From a candidate division WOR-3 bacterium (GTDB lineage Bacteria > Hydrothermota > Tepidihabitantia > Tepidihabitantales > Tepidihabitantaceae), in contig CBFGIY010000012.1 in the NCBI GenBank assembly GCA_965648935.1, positions 1 to 40,675 of the forward strand: a stretch of DNA of 40,675 bases. The letters are read 5' to 3'. The position numbers and the translations under genes were made by a program. Shown in pieces: positions 8,849 to 17,497 of this stretch. Each line of letters begins with the position of its first letter. Position 1 is the first letter of the stretch. The notes below the pieces were generated by a model, which saw only the letters and a list, made by a program, of their open reading frames with translations, was not told the DNA's origin and searched no databases.

Positions 8849-10189
8849 CTAGCGGGCAAGACGGGGCGACCAGGTCGGCGAGTAGGCGCCGCCGGTCGTG
8901 GTGATGCGCCGGACATTCGTCCCGTTCCAGTCCATCGTGTATATCTCGAACCGACCCGAGCGGTCGGAGCTGAATGCGAGGTGCAGCCCGTCGGGAGACC
9001 AGCAGGGTTCCTCGTTGTTCGAGCCGTAGGTCAGGCGCGTGTAGGTTTCGCCGGTGAGGTTGGTGATGCAGATCTGGTTCGAGCCGTTGGGCTGACGCTG
9101 GACGAAGGCGATGAGGTCGCCGCGCGGGGACCAGGCCGGTGAGGTATTGTAGCTGCCCTCGTAGGTAAGCCGGCGCAGGTCCGTGCCGTCGACGTTGACC
9201 GTGTAGATCTGGGGCGAGCCGGTGCGGTCGGAGACAAAGGCAAGCTGGCGGCTGTTGGGCGACCAGGTCGGCGATATCTCGATTGCCCGGCTTGAGGTCA
9301 GCCTGCGGGCATTGCGGCCGTCCGTGTCCATCACGTAGAGCTCTGACTGCCCTTCGTGGCTCATCGAGAGCGCGATGCGTCGGCCGTCGGGCGAAAAGGC
9401 AGGGGTCGTGTTCAGGCCGCTGCGTTCGCTTATGACCCGCGGCTTGCGCGTGGCGATGTCCAAGATGTAGGTATTGAGAGAGAGCTTGCCGTAAGAGCAG
9501 TAGGCGATGCTGCGGCCGTCCGGCGACCAGTCCGGGTAAAGCTTGAGCCCGCCGGTCGATGTGAGCTGGCCGAGATTGTAGCCGTCATAGTCGACCCAGG
9601 CGAGTTCTTTGGTGTTGGGGTCGACGCGCAGCGAGAAAGCGATGCGGGTGCGGCTGATGCCCTGCTCGCCGGTGAGCTGTTCGATTATCTCGTCGGCGAT
9701 GCGGTGCGCGAGCCAGCGCAGGTCGCCTTCGAGCGGGTATGTCTTGCTGGCGATGCGCCGGCCCGCGAGGATGTCGTGCAGGCCGATCTCGATGAGCTGG
9801 GTCGTGCGGCGCAGGGTGACGCGGCCCGCGATGAGAACTTCGGCTCCGGTCGTGGCCCAGCCCTTGTAGTCGGGCTTATCCGGTCCGGTAGCGAAGCGCC
9901 AGGTCTTGCCCGAGTCGGGTTCCTCGAAAGTGAAGTAGAGCGAGAAGCGCAGGTCCGCGGCGATGATCGAGCGCAGGCTGTCGGCCCGGGCCTGGTTCGC
10001 GCCCGGCGCGACCGTGAAAGGCGCTATGACCAGGTTGAGCTTGCGCCGGCCGCTTGATGCGGTGAGCTTGAGCCAGAGCTCGTCGGCCGGTATCTCGGCG
10101 CTGGGCTGGGTCGAGTCGGGCGCCTGAGCCGGGGCCGGCGCGGCCAGCGCGGCGAGAATCATCAGCAGCGGGGCGAGGCGGGGCATCAC
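8849..10189 (-). CDS. tolB: Tol-Pal system beta-propeller protein TolB
   Basis: TolB N-domain ('IIAADLRFS', 'AHRIADEIIEQLTGEQG..TRIAF') plus PD40 repeats (PDWSPDG, PAFSPDG, PTWSPNS, PAWSPRG, PCWSPDG). Confidence 0.9.
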   Translation of the reverse strand: MMPRLAPLLMILAALAAPAPAQAPDSTQPSAEIPADELWLKLTASSGRRKLNLVIAPFTVAPGANQARADSLRSIIAADLRFSLYFTFEEPDSGKTWRFATGPDKPDYKGWATTGAEVLIAGRVTLRRTTQLIEIGLHDILAGRRIASKTYPLEGDLRWLAHRIADEIIEQLTGEQGISRTRIAFSLRVDPNTKELAWVDYDGYNLGQLTSTGGLKLYPDWSPDGRSIAYCSYGKLSLNTYILDIATRKPRVISERSGLNTTPAFSPDGRRIALSMSHEGQSELYVMDTDGRNARRLTSSRAIEISPTWSPNSRQLAFVSDRTGSPQIYTVNVDGTDLRRLTYEGSYNTSPAWSPRGDLIAFVQRQPNGSNQICITNLTGETYTRLTYGSNNEEPCWSPDGLHLAFSSDRSGRFEIYTMDWNGTNVRRITTTGGAYSPTWSPRLAR

Positions 10190-10193
10190 TGGT

Positions 10194-10820
10194 CTAGCGG
10201 ATTATGCCCAGCCAGTCGTGGAGCAGGAAGTAGAACCGGCCGATGAGCAGCGAGATGCGGGCCATCACGGTGTAGCCGAACGAAGCGCCGAAAGAGACCA
10301 TTATGAACACGATGCCGACGCGCGAGACGCCGCCGAGGACGCCCTTGTGCTCGCGCGAGAAGTAGAAGTAGACGAGAGTCGAAATCACGCCGACGTAGAG
10401 AAAGACGTTGTTGACCGTGACCAGCGGGCGGAGCGTGTCGGACACCTGGGGCAGCAGGTAGCCCTGCACCGACGCGACCAGCCCGAGCCCGGACCCGATG
10501 CCGATGGTGAAGGCGATGGGCCAGCGCGAGACCCAGGCGAGCCGGGGTATCGAGCGGGCGAGCATCAAGAGGCCGAGGAACGCCGGCACCAGGAGTATCC
10601 ACGCCTCGGTGCGGTTGCCCGCAGCGAGGTTGGAGCGGAACGCCTCGATGAGCATCGGGTAGACATCAAATGACCAGGCATAGATGACCGCGAACCCGGC
10701 CGAGATGCCGACGTAGATGTGCTCGGCCGCCTTGTAGAGCGGGTTGTCCTTGTACAGGAACGACAGGATGGCGATGGTCAGCGTGGCCGCGACCCAGGTG
10801 CCGATGATGGTGAGAATCAC
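10194..10820 (-). CDS. uncharacterised polytopic membrane protein (gene 4 of DUF6754-like operon)
   Basis: About 6 hydrophobic segments; 'SFLYKDNPLYKAAEHIYVG', 'FGASFGYTVMARISLLIGR'; start overlaps the upstream stop. Confidence 0.8.
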   Translation of the reverse strand: MILTIIGTWVAATLTIAILSFLYKDNPLYKAAEHIYVGISAGFAVIYAWSFDVYPMLIEAFRSNLAAGNRTEAWILLVPAFLGLLMLARSIPRLAWVSRWPIAFTIGIGSGLGLVASVQGYLLPQVSDTLRPLVTVNNVFLYVGVISTLVYFYFSREHKGVLGGVSRVGIVFIMVSFGASFGYTVMARISLLIGRFYFLLHDWLGIIR

Positions 10821-11647
10821 TGTTTGCCCCTGCGCCGGCGCGAGAAGAGGAACCCGATGTTGCCGATGAGGAGCAAGGCGATGAGAAGCCCGTGCGCCCA
10901 GGACTGGGCCGGCATCCCGAGCGAAGCCGAGCCGGGCTTGTTTATGAGCGCTTCGTACTCGGACGCGCCCTGCAACCCGCCGATGAGGCCCTTGATCTGG
11001 CCGGCCTGGAGGTACTGGTACATCCCGGGCGCGTTGACGCCCGTGACCCCGACGATTATCGCCTGATTGAACCGCCCGCCGACGTACTGAATCCAGACGT
11101 CGGCCACGGCGCCGTGGGCGAGCGAAACCAGAAGTCCGATGTCGCGGTAGTTGTGGACCGACCGCATGAACTCGAAGCTGTCCAGGGGCACGCCGCGATA
11201 GTCGGTGCGGAAAAAGTCGCGTATCTCGCGGCCGATCCCGACCATCATCGCGGTATAGCCGGGCCGATACCCGATGTTGACGTAGTCCCGTCCGTAGACC
11301 TTGCTGAACTCGGGCGGCACGGTGTTCAGCGCGATTTCGGCCAGGGGCAGGCCGAGCGCGAGCTGGCCGGTGATGATGACCTTCAGGTCCTTGGCGAAGC
11401 AGTGGCGCAGTATCGCGAGCAGCATCGGCTGGAGCTCGGGCGCGGACGACGGGTCGAAGTCAATCGAGATCATCACTACCGAGCCGGGGGGCAGTTCGTC
11501 GACCGCGCGGTAGGCGTTGCGCACCGGCTCCGAAACGCGCACCGGCGTTTTCGGCCGCAGTATCAGCGGCAGCGCGACCGACAGGGCGAGCAGCAGGTAG
11601 AGGATGCGGCGGTCAACCCCGGCCAGCGCTTCCCAGAACCGCTTCAT
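10817..11647 (-). CDS. uncharacterised membrane protein with extracytoplasmic alpha/beta domain (gene 3)
   Basis: N- and C-terminal TM helices; 'YGRDYVNIGYRPG', 'GLIGGLQGASEYE'; ATGA overlap with the upstream gene. Confidence 0.8.
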   Translation of the reverse strand: MKRFWEALAGVDRRILYLLLALSVALPLILRPKTPVRVSEPVRNAYRAVDELPPGSVVMISIDFDPSSAPELQPMLLAILRHCFAKDLKVIITGQLALGLPLAEIALNTVPPEFSKVYGRDYVNIGYRPGYTAMMVGIGREIRDFFRTDYRGVPLDSFEFMRSVHNYRDIGLLVSLAHGAVADVWIQYVGGRFNQAIIVGVTGVNAPGMYQYLQAGQIKGLIGGLQGASEYEALINKPGSASLGMPAQSWAHGLLIALLLIGNIGFLFSRRRRGKQ

Positions 11648-12345
11648 GACATGTAGGTCCGTTCGATGCCGAGGATGATGCGCAGCGACATCGCGATGCC
11701 GCCGAGCGCGATACCCAGCCCGATGCCGCGGCCGGCCGCGGCCTGGGGCACCGACATCAGCCAGTCCTTGACCGCGGCAAGGCCTTCCCAGGCCGCGATG
11801 CGCTCAAACCCGAGCGCGGGCGCGACGAGGTTCAGGACGGCGGCGAAGCCGCGCCAGATCGAGCTGCCCAGCGGGACGTTGCCGACCATCACCAGCACCG
11901 CGGCGAGCAGGAGCAGGGTCGCGGCGAAGTTGCGCACGCGGAACGCACGGTACGCCGCCGAGACGATGAAGAAGGCGAGGCTGGCGAACATCGTCGACTG
12001 CAAAGGGATAATCATGTAGGTGTAGAGCCACATGAACGGCGCCTGCAGAGCGAACGGGCTGCGGAACCGGACCCAGGAATAGAGCCCCAGCGCGATTGTG
12101 GCGAAAAGGCTCAGGACCAGAAGCAGGCTGTGGCCCCAGCCGGGCGAGCGGCGCAGCACCCGGGTCAGATGGTGGCGGGTGAGCGAGTCCAGACCGAGGA
12201 GGAAAGTGAACCCCGAGACGATGGCGAACCAGTTGAGAAAGCGCGACTCAAGGTCGCCGAACGGCCGGTGCGGGATGAAGAATGCGACGATGATGAGCAG
12301 GGCCGAGGCGAAGACGATTATCAGGGGGAGGGTGCGCTTGAGCAT
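11644..12345 (-). CDS. uncharacterised polytopic membrane protein (gene 2)
   Basis: About 6 TM segments; 'PLQSTMFASLAFFIVSAAYRAFR', 'RGIGLGIALG...LRIILGIER'. Confidence 0.8.
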   Translation of the reverse strand: MLKRTLPLIIVFASALLIIVAFFIPHRPFGDLESRFLNWFAIVSGFTFLLGLDSLTRHHLTRVLRRSPGWGHSLLLVLSLFATIALGLYSWVRFRSPFALQAPFMWLYTYMIIPLQSTMFASLAFFIVSAAYRAFRVRNFAATLLLLAAVLVMVGNVPLGSSIWRGFAAVLNLVAPALGFERIAAWEGLAAVKDWLMSVPQAAAGRGIGLGIALGGIAMSLRIILGIERTYMS

Positions 12346-12346
12346 C

Positions 12347-13498
12347 TCAGTAGGCCGGCGTGAACCAGCCGGTCACGAGCGCGACGACCGGGCGCAGCGC
12401 GGCGATGTTCAGCGCCTCGGTCACGGTCGCGAGCGCGACAACTGCGAGCGTGATGACGATGAGCCACATCTTCAGGAAGTCCTCGCCCTTTATGCTGCCC
12501 AGCATCATCGGTTCGGGTTTGAGGTAGCACGAGGCGGCGAACACCTCCTCGCCGATCATCGTGTAGTCGCAGGCCGCGACGAAGAATGGCAACTGCGCGG
12601 TGTCGATGGTTCCGGCGAGCTGGATGGCGCCGACCGAGTGGCCGGTCTCGGCCATGATCAGCGACTCGGCGTAGAACGAGCCGATCCAGAAAACAGCGCC
12701 CGGACGCTCGCGCAGCAGCATCCCGTCCACGCCCGCGGCATAGCCGAACTGGTCCGAGGTGACGAACGACACGTTGTCGGCGTTGTAGAGGTCAGGCCGG
12801 CCGGCCTCGGTGTAGGCTTCCTTGACCGTTTCCTGGGCCGCGGTCATCACCAGCGGGTCGGCATTGGGCACGAGCAGCCGGGTCGAGTAACGGGCCGACC
12901 GGCCGGCGATGCGCCGCAGCAGGGGCAGCGCCGCCATGACGACCATATCGGTCAGGACGCCCAGCCCGAAAGAGAAAAGTATCGGCTTGCCCATCTCGGT
13001 GGCCCGGCCGAGCGCGTCGTCGATGGCGTCGAGCCCGGCAATCTTGCGGATGAACATCTTCCTGCCGCGGCGCGCCTGACCGAGATAGACCGCGAACACG
13101 ACGCAGATGACCACCAGCACGACAAGCACGTTGAGCTGGGGCGTGCGGAACCACTGGGGCCTGGACAGCACCGGGCCGGCAACCGCGGCGGCGGCCGGGC
13201 CAGTCTCATACAGGGCGATGACCTGATAGTAGTAGGGAGTGCCGTCGCGCGTGCCCGCGTCGAGGAATTCGAGCGACTGGGCGGGTTCCTCGGTGACCAC
13301 GGTGAAGCCGGAGTCGGGCGCGGTCGAGCGCAGCACCTGCCAGCCTGTGGGTGCGAGCGACTCGGCCTCGGGCGCGCTCCAGCTCACCAGAATCGCGCCG
13401 CCGCCGTCGTTGGGATTGTCGCGCACCGTTACCGCGGCCGGCGGCGCGAGCGCCGCCAGCAGCAGGGCAACGGTCCAAACCAGCGATGTGCCAATCAA
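12347..13498 (-). CDS. fibronectin type III + DUF6754-like membrane protein (gene 1)
   Basis: Signal peptide, FN3-like domain (VSWSAP, WQVLRS, FLDAG, YYYQVIA), TM helix, then 'IRKIAGLDAIDDALGRATEMGKP...FYAESLIMAETG...DYTMIGEEVFAASCYL'. Start placed at TTG 13498, 7 nt after the -10; the ATG at 13510 lies inside the -10. DUF6754 assignment is from recollection. Confidence 0.75.
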   Translation of the reverse strand: MIGTSLVWTVALLLAALAPPAAVTVRDNPNDGGGAILVSWSAPEAESLAPTGWQVLRSTAPDSGFTVVTEEPAQSLEFLDAGTRDGTPYYYQVIALYETGPAAAAVAGPVLSRPQWFRTPQLNVLVVLVVICVVFAVYLGQARRGRKMFIRKIAGLDAIDDALGRATEMGKPILFSFGLGVLTDMVVMAALPLLRRIAGRSARYSTRLLVPNADPLVMTAAQETVKEAYTEAGRPDLYNADNVSFVTSDQFGYAAGVDGMLLRERPGAVFWIGSFYAESLIMAETGHSVGAIQLAGTIDTAQLPFFVAACDYTMIGEEVFAASCYLKPEPMMLGSIKGEDFLKMWLIVITLAVVALATVTEALNIAALRPVVALVTGWFTPAY

Positions 13499-13505
13499 GG
13501 CATTG

Positions 13506-13533
13506 AGCATAGCCGGCGGCTCCGCGAAGTCAA
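13506..13533 (-). promoter_or_regulatory. sigma70-like promoter, leaderless
   Basis: TTGACT-16-TATGCT on the - strand; in-frame TTG 7 nt downstream. Confidence 0.6.
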
Positions 13534-13577
13534 CGCGGTCAGCACAGGGCGCCGCTCGGCGGCCGCGGCCGTGCGGC

Positions 13578-13605
13578 TTGACTGGCATCGAGGCGCGTCT
13601 AGGAT
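13578..13605 (+). promoter_or_regulatory. sigma70-like promoter, leaderless
   Basis: TTGACT-16-TAGGAT; in-frame GTG at 13614. Confidence 0.6.
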
Positions 13606-13613
13606 TCATCGCA

Positions 13614-14279
13614 GTGGCGGTCCTGTTACTGCTGGTCCTGGCGGCGCCGGGCGAGCGGCTCGAGTACGAGCTGCGCTACGGCCCGATGGCGGTCGGGTCG
13701 CTGGTGCTCGAGGAACTCGCGCCGCAGACGCTGGACAGCGTGCCCTGCCTGCATTACCGCGCCGACCTTTCAATCGATATGGCGATGGCCTGGCTCTTCT
13801 CCGCCACCTACCGGCTGGAGAGCTGGAGCCGAGTTTCCGACAGCTCGACCGTGCAGTCCTACAAGCGCACGCGCGAGCCCAACTACCGGGCCGAGTGGAC
13901 CGCGCGCTACAGCCGGTCCGGCGACACTGTGCGCTACTCCGACGGCAAGGCCTACGCGGCCGTGCCGGGCTCACGCGACCTCGTCACCGTGTGGTACTGG
14001 CTGCGGGGGCTGAACCTGCGCGCCGGCGACACGGTGCGCTGCAGCCTGCACGCGGACCGCCGCAACTACCGCCTGCTCGGCGCGGTGAGCCGGACCCGGC
14101 GCGTGCGCGTGCCGGCCGGCACTTATGACTGCCGCGTGGTCACGCCGATCGAGAAGGGCCCGCTCGGGCTGGTCTACATCTCGGATGACGCGCGGCGGAT
14201 GCCGGTGATCATCCGCACGCGGTTCGGCGGGCTCGCGGTCAGCGCAAATTTGCGCAGCATCGAAAACGGGGAGGAATAG
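13614..14279 (+). CDS. DUF3108-like exported protein
   Basis: Signal peptide then 'PGERLEYELRYG', 'VRVPAGTYDCRVVTP', 'VYISDDARRMPV'; start moved from 13239 to the GTG after the promoter. Confidence 0.7.
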   Translation: MAVLLLLVLAAPGERLEYELRYGPMAVGSLVLEELAPQTLDSVPCLHYRADLSIDMAMAWLFSATYRLESWSRVSDSSTVQSYKRTREPNYRAEWTARYSRSGDTVRYSDGKAYAAVPGSRDLVTVWYWLRGLNLRAGDTVRCSLHADRRNYRLLGAVSRTRRVRVPAGTYDCRVVTPIEKGPLGLVYISDDARRMPVIIRTRFGGLAVSANLRSIENGEE

Positions 14280-15352
14280 TGTCATTCTACGCAGTCATTC
14301 TCTGCGGCGGGCGCGGCGAGCGGTTCTGGCCCAAGAGCCGGAGAGCGCTGCCCAAGCAGTTCATAGAGCTGTTCGGCCGCGGCTCGCTCACGCGCGATAC
14401 CAGCGAGCGGGTGAAGCGCCTGATACCGCTGGAGCGCCAGCTCTTTGTCACGCCCGCGGATTTCGGGCCGATTGTCCGGCGGCAGCTTCGGGTCGGCGCG
14501 CGCAACCTCGTGTTCGAGCCGGTCGGCCGCAACACCGCGCCGGCCATCGGGCTGGCCGCGGCCTATCTCGCACGGCGCGACCCGCGCTCGACGATGGCGG
14601 TGCTGCCGGCTGACCATCTCATAGAAAACCGCGCCGAGTTCGGCCGCTGCCTGAAGCTCGCATACGAAGTGGCCCAGCAGGGGATGCTGGTCACCTTCGG
14701 GGTGCCGCCCCAGCGGCCCGACACCGGGTACGGCTACATCAAACTCGGCCAGAAACTCGCCGGCTCGGGCAGTCTGGCCGCGCACGTTGTCGAAGGCTTC
14801 CGCGAGAAGCCGGACCTGCTCACCGCGCAGGGTTACATTGCCGACGGCAACTACGCGTGGAACTCGGGGATGTTTGTCTGGCGCACGGACGCGATTCTCG
14901 GCGCGCTCGAGCGTTACCAGCCCGAGCTGCACGCGGGGCTCGCGCGGTTCAGCCGGGCCATCGGCACGAAGTCCGAGAGCGCGGCGCTGAAGCGGTTCTA
15001 CGCCGGGGTCAAGGCCATATCGATCGACTACGCTGTGATGGAGCGGGCCGAGAACGTCGCGGCGGTGCGCGCGACCTTTGACTGGGACGACGTCGGGTCG
15101 TGGCTGGCACTGGAGCGCCACATCAAGCCCGACGCGATGGACAACCACTGCGACGGCGCTTTCGTGGGCAAGGACGCTGCCGGCTGCATCGTTGACTCCG
15201 ATGCCGGGATCGTCGCCGCGCTGGGCGTGAAAGACCTCGTGATTGTCCGGGCCGGCGACGCGGTGCTCGTGGCCGACCGGAACCGGCTGGACGGCATCAA
15301 GGAAATGCTCGCGCTCATCGCCGCCGACAGGAAACTGGCCCGGTACCTGTGA
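14279..15352 (+). CDS. manC: mannose-1-phosphate guanylyltransferase
   Basis: VILCGGRGERFWPKSR..PKQF, EPVGRNTAPAI, PADH, TGYGYI, FREKP, WNSGMF, SIDYAVME, WDDVGSW. Confidence 0.9.
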   Translation: MSFYAVILCGGRGERFWPKSRRALPKQFIELFGRGSLTRDTSERVKRLIPLERQLFVTPADFGPIVRRQLRVGARNLVFEPVGRNTAPAIGLAAAYLARRDPRSTMAVLPADHLIENRAEFGRCLKLAYEVAQQGMLVTFGVPPQRPDTGYGYIKLGQKLAGSGSLAAHVVEGFREKPDLLTAQGYIADGNYAWNSGMFVWRTDAILGALERYQPELHAGLARFSRAIGTKSESAALKRFYAGVKAISIDYAVMERAENVAAVRATFDWDDVGSWLALERHIKPDAMDNHCDGAFVGKDAAGCIVDSDAGIVAALGVKDLVIVRAGDAVLVADRNRLDGIKEMLALIAADRKLARYL

Positions 15353-15945
15353 AACTGCTGCTGGCCACGCGCAACCCGGGCAAACTCGCCGAACTTGAGG
15401 CCCTGCTCGACGGGTCGGGCTGGGAGGCGGTGATGCTCGACGCCTACCCCGCGGCCGGCGAAGTCGAGGAAACCGGCGCGACATTCGAGGAGAATGCGCG
15501 CATCAAGGCGCGCGCCGCGTTCCGGCACAGCCGGATCTGGACCGTGGCTGAGGACGCCGGGCTCGAGGTTGACGCGCTCGGGGGAGAGCCGGGCGTGCTA
15601 TCGGCGCGCTATGCCGGGCCGGGTGCGACCGACAGCGACCGTTGCCGCAAACTGCTCGCGAAGATGATAGCCGTGCCGGACGAGCGACGCACTGCGCGAT
15701 TCCGGTGCGTGATGTGCCTGGTCGACCCGGACGGAGCGGAGACCCTGTTCGAAGGCGAGTGCCGGGGCAAGATCAGCCTCCACGCGCGCGGCTGCGCCGG
15801 GTTCGGCTATGACCCGCTGTTCATCCCGGACGGCCACAGTCAGACCTTCGGCGAACTCGGCCTCGCGGTAAAGTCGCAGATCAGCCACCGGGCACGGGCG
15901 ATGAAGCAGGTGGTCGAGCACCTCCGTGCGCGTGCGGCCGGTTGA
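15349..15945 (+). CDS. rdgB: RdgB/HAM1 non-canonical purine NTP pyrophosphatase
   Basis: ATRNPGK, EETGATFEENA..KA, GEPGVLSARY, GFGYDPLF, KSQISHR. Confidence 0.92.
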   Translation: MKLLLATRNPGKLAELEALLDGSGWEAVMLDAYPAAGEVEETGATFEENARIKARAAFRHSRIWTVAEDAGLEVDALGGEPGVLSARYAGPGATDSDRCRKLLAKMIAVPDERRTARFRCVMCLVDPDGAETLFEGECRGKISLHARGCAGFGYDPLFIPDGHSQTFGELGLAVKSQISHRARAMKQVVEHLRARAAG

Positions 15946-15970
15946 CAGGCTTAGCACTGCCTGTTAGAGT
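15942..15970 (+). promoter_or_regulatory. tRNA operon promoter
   Basis: TTGACA-17-TAGAGT, 10 nt upstream of tRNA-Pro. Confidence 0.6.
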
Positions 15971-15980
15971 CTTGCAGCGT

Positions 15981-16055
15981 CGGGGAGTAGCGCAGCCCGG
16001 TTAGCGCACCACGCTTGGGACGTGGGGGTCGCAGGTTCGAATCCTGTCTCCCCGA
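15981..16055 (+). tRNA. tRNA-Pro(TGG), CCA not encoded
   Basis: Acceptor CGGGGAG/CTCCCCG plus discriminator A; anticodon arm CCACG-CTTGGGA-CGTGG; T-loop GTTCGAATC. Confidence 0.95.
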
Positions 16056-16072
16056 TTGGGTCGAAGATGAAC

Positions 16073-16150
16073 GTCAGGTGTCCGTGGTTCAGGGGTCAGG
16101 GACCAGGGTCAGCGGTTCTGACCTTTGCCTTCTGGTCTTTGACAACTGGC
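16073..16150. repeat. inverted array of degenerate heptamer repeats between the tRNAs
   Basis: ttcaggg/gtcaggg/accaggg followed by ttctgac/ctttgcc/ttctggt/ctttgac/aactggc. Confidence 0.5.
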
Positions 16151-16168
16151 TTGGCCTGTCGCCTTCTT

Positions 16169-16242
16169 GCGCCTGTAGCTCAGTTGGACAGAGCATCGGA
16201 TTTCTAATCCGACGGCCGGGGGTTCGAATCCCTCCAGGCGCG
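16169..16242 (+). tRNA. tRNA-Arg(TCT), CCA not in register
   Basis: Acceptor GCGCCTG/CAGGCGC plus discriminator G; anticodon arm TCGGA-TTTCTAA-TCCGA; T-loop GTTCGAATC. Confidence 0.95.
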
Positions 16243-16668
16243 TCCACTCCCCACAACATCTCCGCTGCTCCCTGACGGATTCTGGTCGTCCCTGACTCGG
16301 CCGCGGACAGGCGAGGTAACTGGCCCAACGTCTCTGGTCTTCCAAGTGCTTCTGTCTGTGATACGCCGGGGCGGGGATTCTGGGCAAGCGGGGACCGGTA
16401 GTGGGCCCCCGGGACACACAGGCGGGCAGAGTCGGACTGATGAGGGGCTATAACTGTGATTACAGTAGGTGACTTCCAGGAAGCGTTGCGTATATCCATG
16501 GAATGCAGAGGGTTGCCCGACTGGGTGCGGTTTTGACTCCCTCGCCCAGGGGGCGGCTTGGGCTGTTGCTTTCACTGCCGCCTGCCTGAGCGCCTTGCGG
16601 GTCGCTGCGCGAGTGCCGGGTTGTGACCGGCACCGGTTGTCCGGGTCGGATTCGGGAAGCTGTCCGGG

Positions 16669-16697
16669 TTGACTTGCCGGGGATAGGTGCCTATCGT
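16669..16697 (+). promoter_or_regulatory. sigma70-like promoter, leaderless
   Basis: TTGACT-17-TATCGT; in-frame GTG at 16704. Confidence 0.55.
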
Positions 16698-16703
16698 CAA
16701 GCC

Positions 16704-17477
16704 GTGAAGCGCAGGCAGTGGTTTGAGAGCCCGCGGTTCTGGGCCGAGTTCGGCCGGTTCATGTTCACGCCCGAGCGGGTCGCGCAGACCCCGCTCGAGG
16801 CTGAACGGCTGACAGAGCTCGTCGCCATCAGGCCGGGCGAGCGGATTCTCGACCTGTGCTGCGGGCAGGGCCGGTTCGCGCTGGAGTTCGCGCGGCGGGG
16901 ACACCGGGTGACCGGCGTGGACCTGAATCCCGACTTCCTGCGCGCGGCGCGTACGGCCGCGGTCAGGGAAGGGCTCGCCGTGGAGTGGGTCGAGCGGGAC
17001 ATGCGGCGTTTCCGGCGCGCGGGCGCGTTTGACGTGGCGCTGTCGATGTACACATCGTTCGGGTACTTCGAGGACCCGGCCGATGATGCGCGGGTGCTTC
17101 GAAACGTCCTTGACTCGCTCGCGCCGGGCGGGCGGCTGGTCATCGACCTGATGGGCCGGGAGGTGCTGGCGCGCATTTTCACGCCGAGCAACTGGACCGA
17201 GCAGGATGGCGCGCTGCTCCTGCAGCGGCGCGAGCTGGCCGATGACTGGGGCTGGGTCGATAACTACCTGACGGTCATCAGGGGCAACAGGCGGCGTGAG
17301 CTGCATTTCGGGACGCGGCTGTACGCGGGGACCGAGCTGCGCGCGCTCCTGGAACGGGTCGGGTTCGTGCGGGTGCGCCTCTGTGGCGACCTTGATGGCG
17401 CGGCTTATGACCACGAGGCGGTGCGGCTGGTCGCGGTGGGGAGGAAGCCGGCGCGCGGGGTGACGTTGGATGAGTGA
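16704..17477 (+). CDS. class I SAM-dependent methyltransferase
   Basis: ILDLCCGQGR, VTGVDL, ERDMR, FDVALSMYTSFGYF, LAPGGRLVID; start revised to GTG 16704. Confidence 0.88.
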   Translation: MKRRQWFESPRFWAEFGRFMFTPERVAQTPLEAERLTELVAIRPGERILDLCCGQGRFALEFARRGHRVTGVDLNPDFLRAARTAAVREGLAVEWVERDMRRFRRAGAFDVALSMYTSFGYFEDPADDARVLRNVLDSLAPGGRLVIDLMGREVLARIFTPSNWTEQDGALLLQRRELADDWGWVDNYLTVIRGNRRRELHFGTRLYAGTELRALLERVGFVRVRLCGDLDGAAYDHEAVRLVAVGRKPARGVTLDE

Positions 17478-17497
17478 TGTGAGGCGCGGGGCGGCAG

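Noticed and set aside
16169..16260. Integrative element at tRNA-Arg
   Set aside because: No integrase and no duplicated tRNA 3' end seen in the window
16437..16485. Hammerhead ribozyme (CTGATGAG core)
   Set aside because: No stem II closed by GAAA and no matching stems I/III
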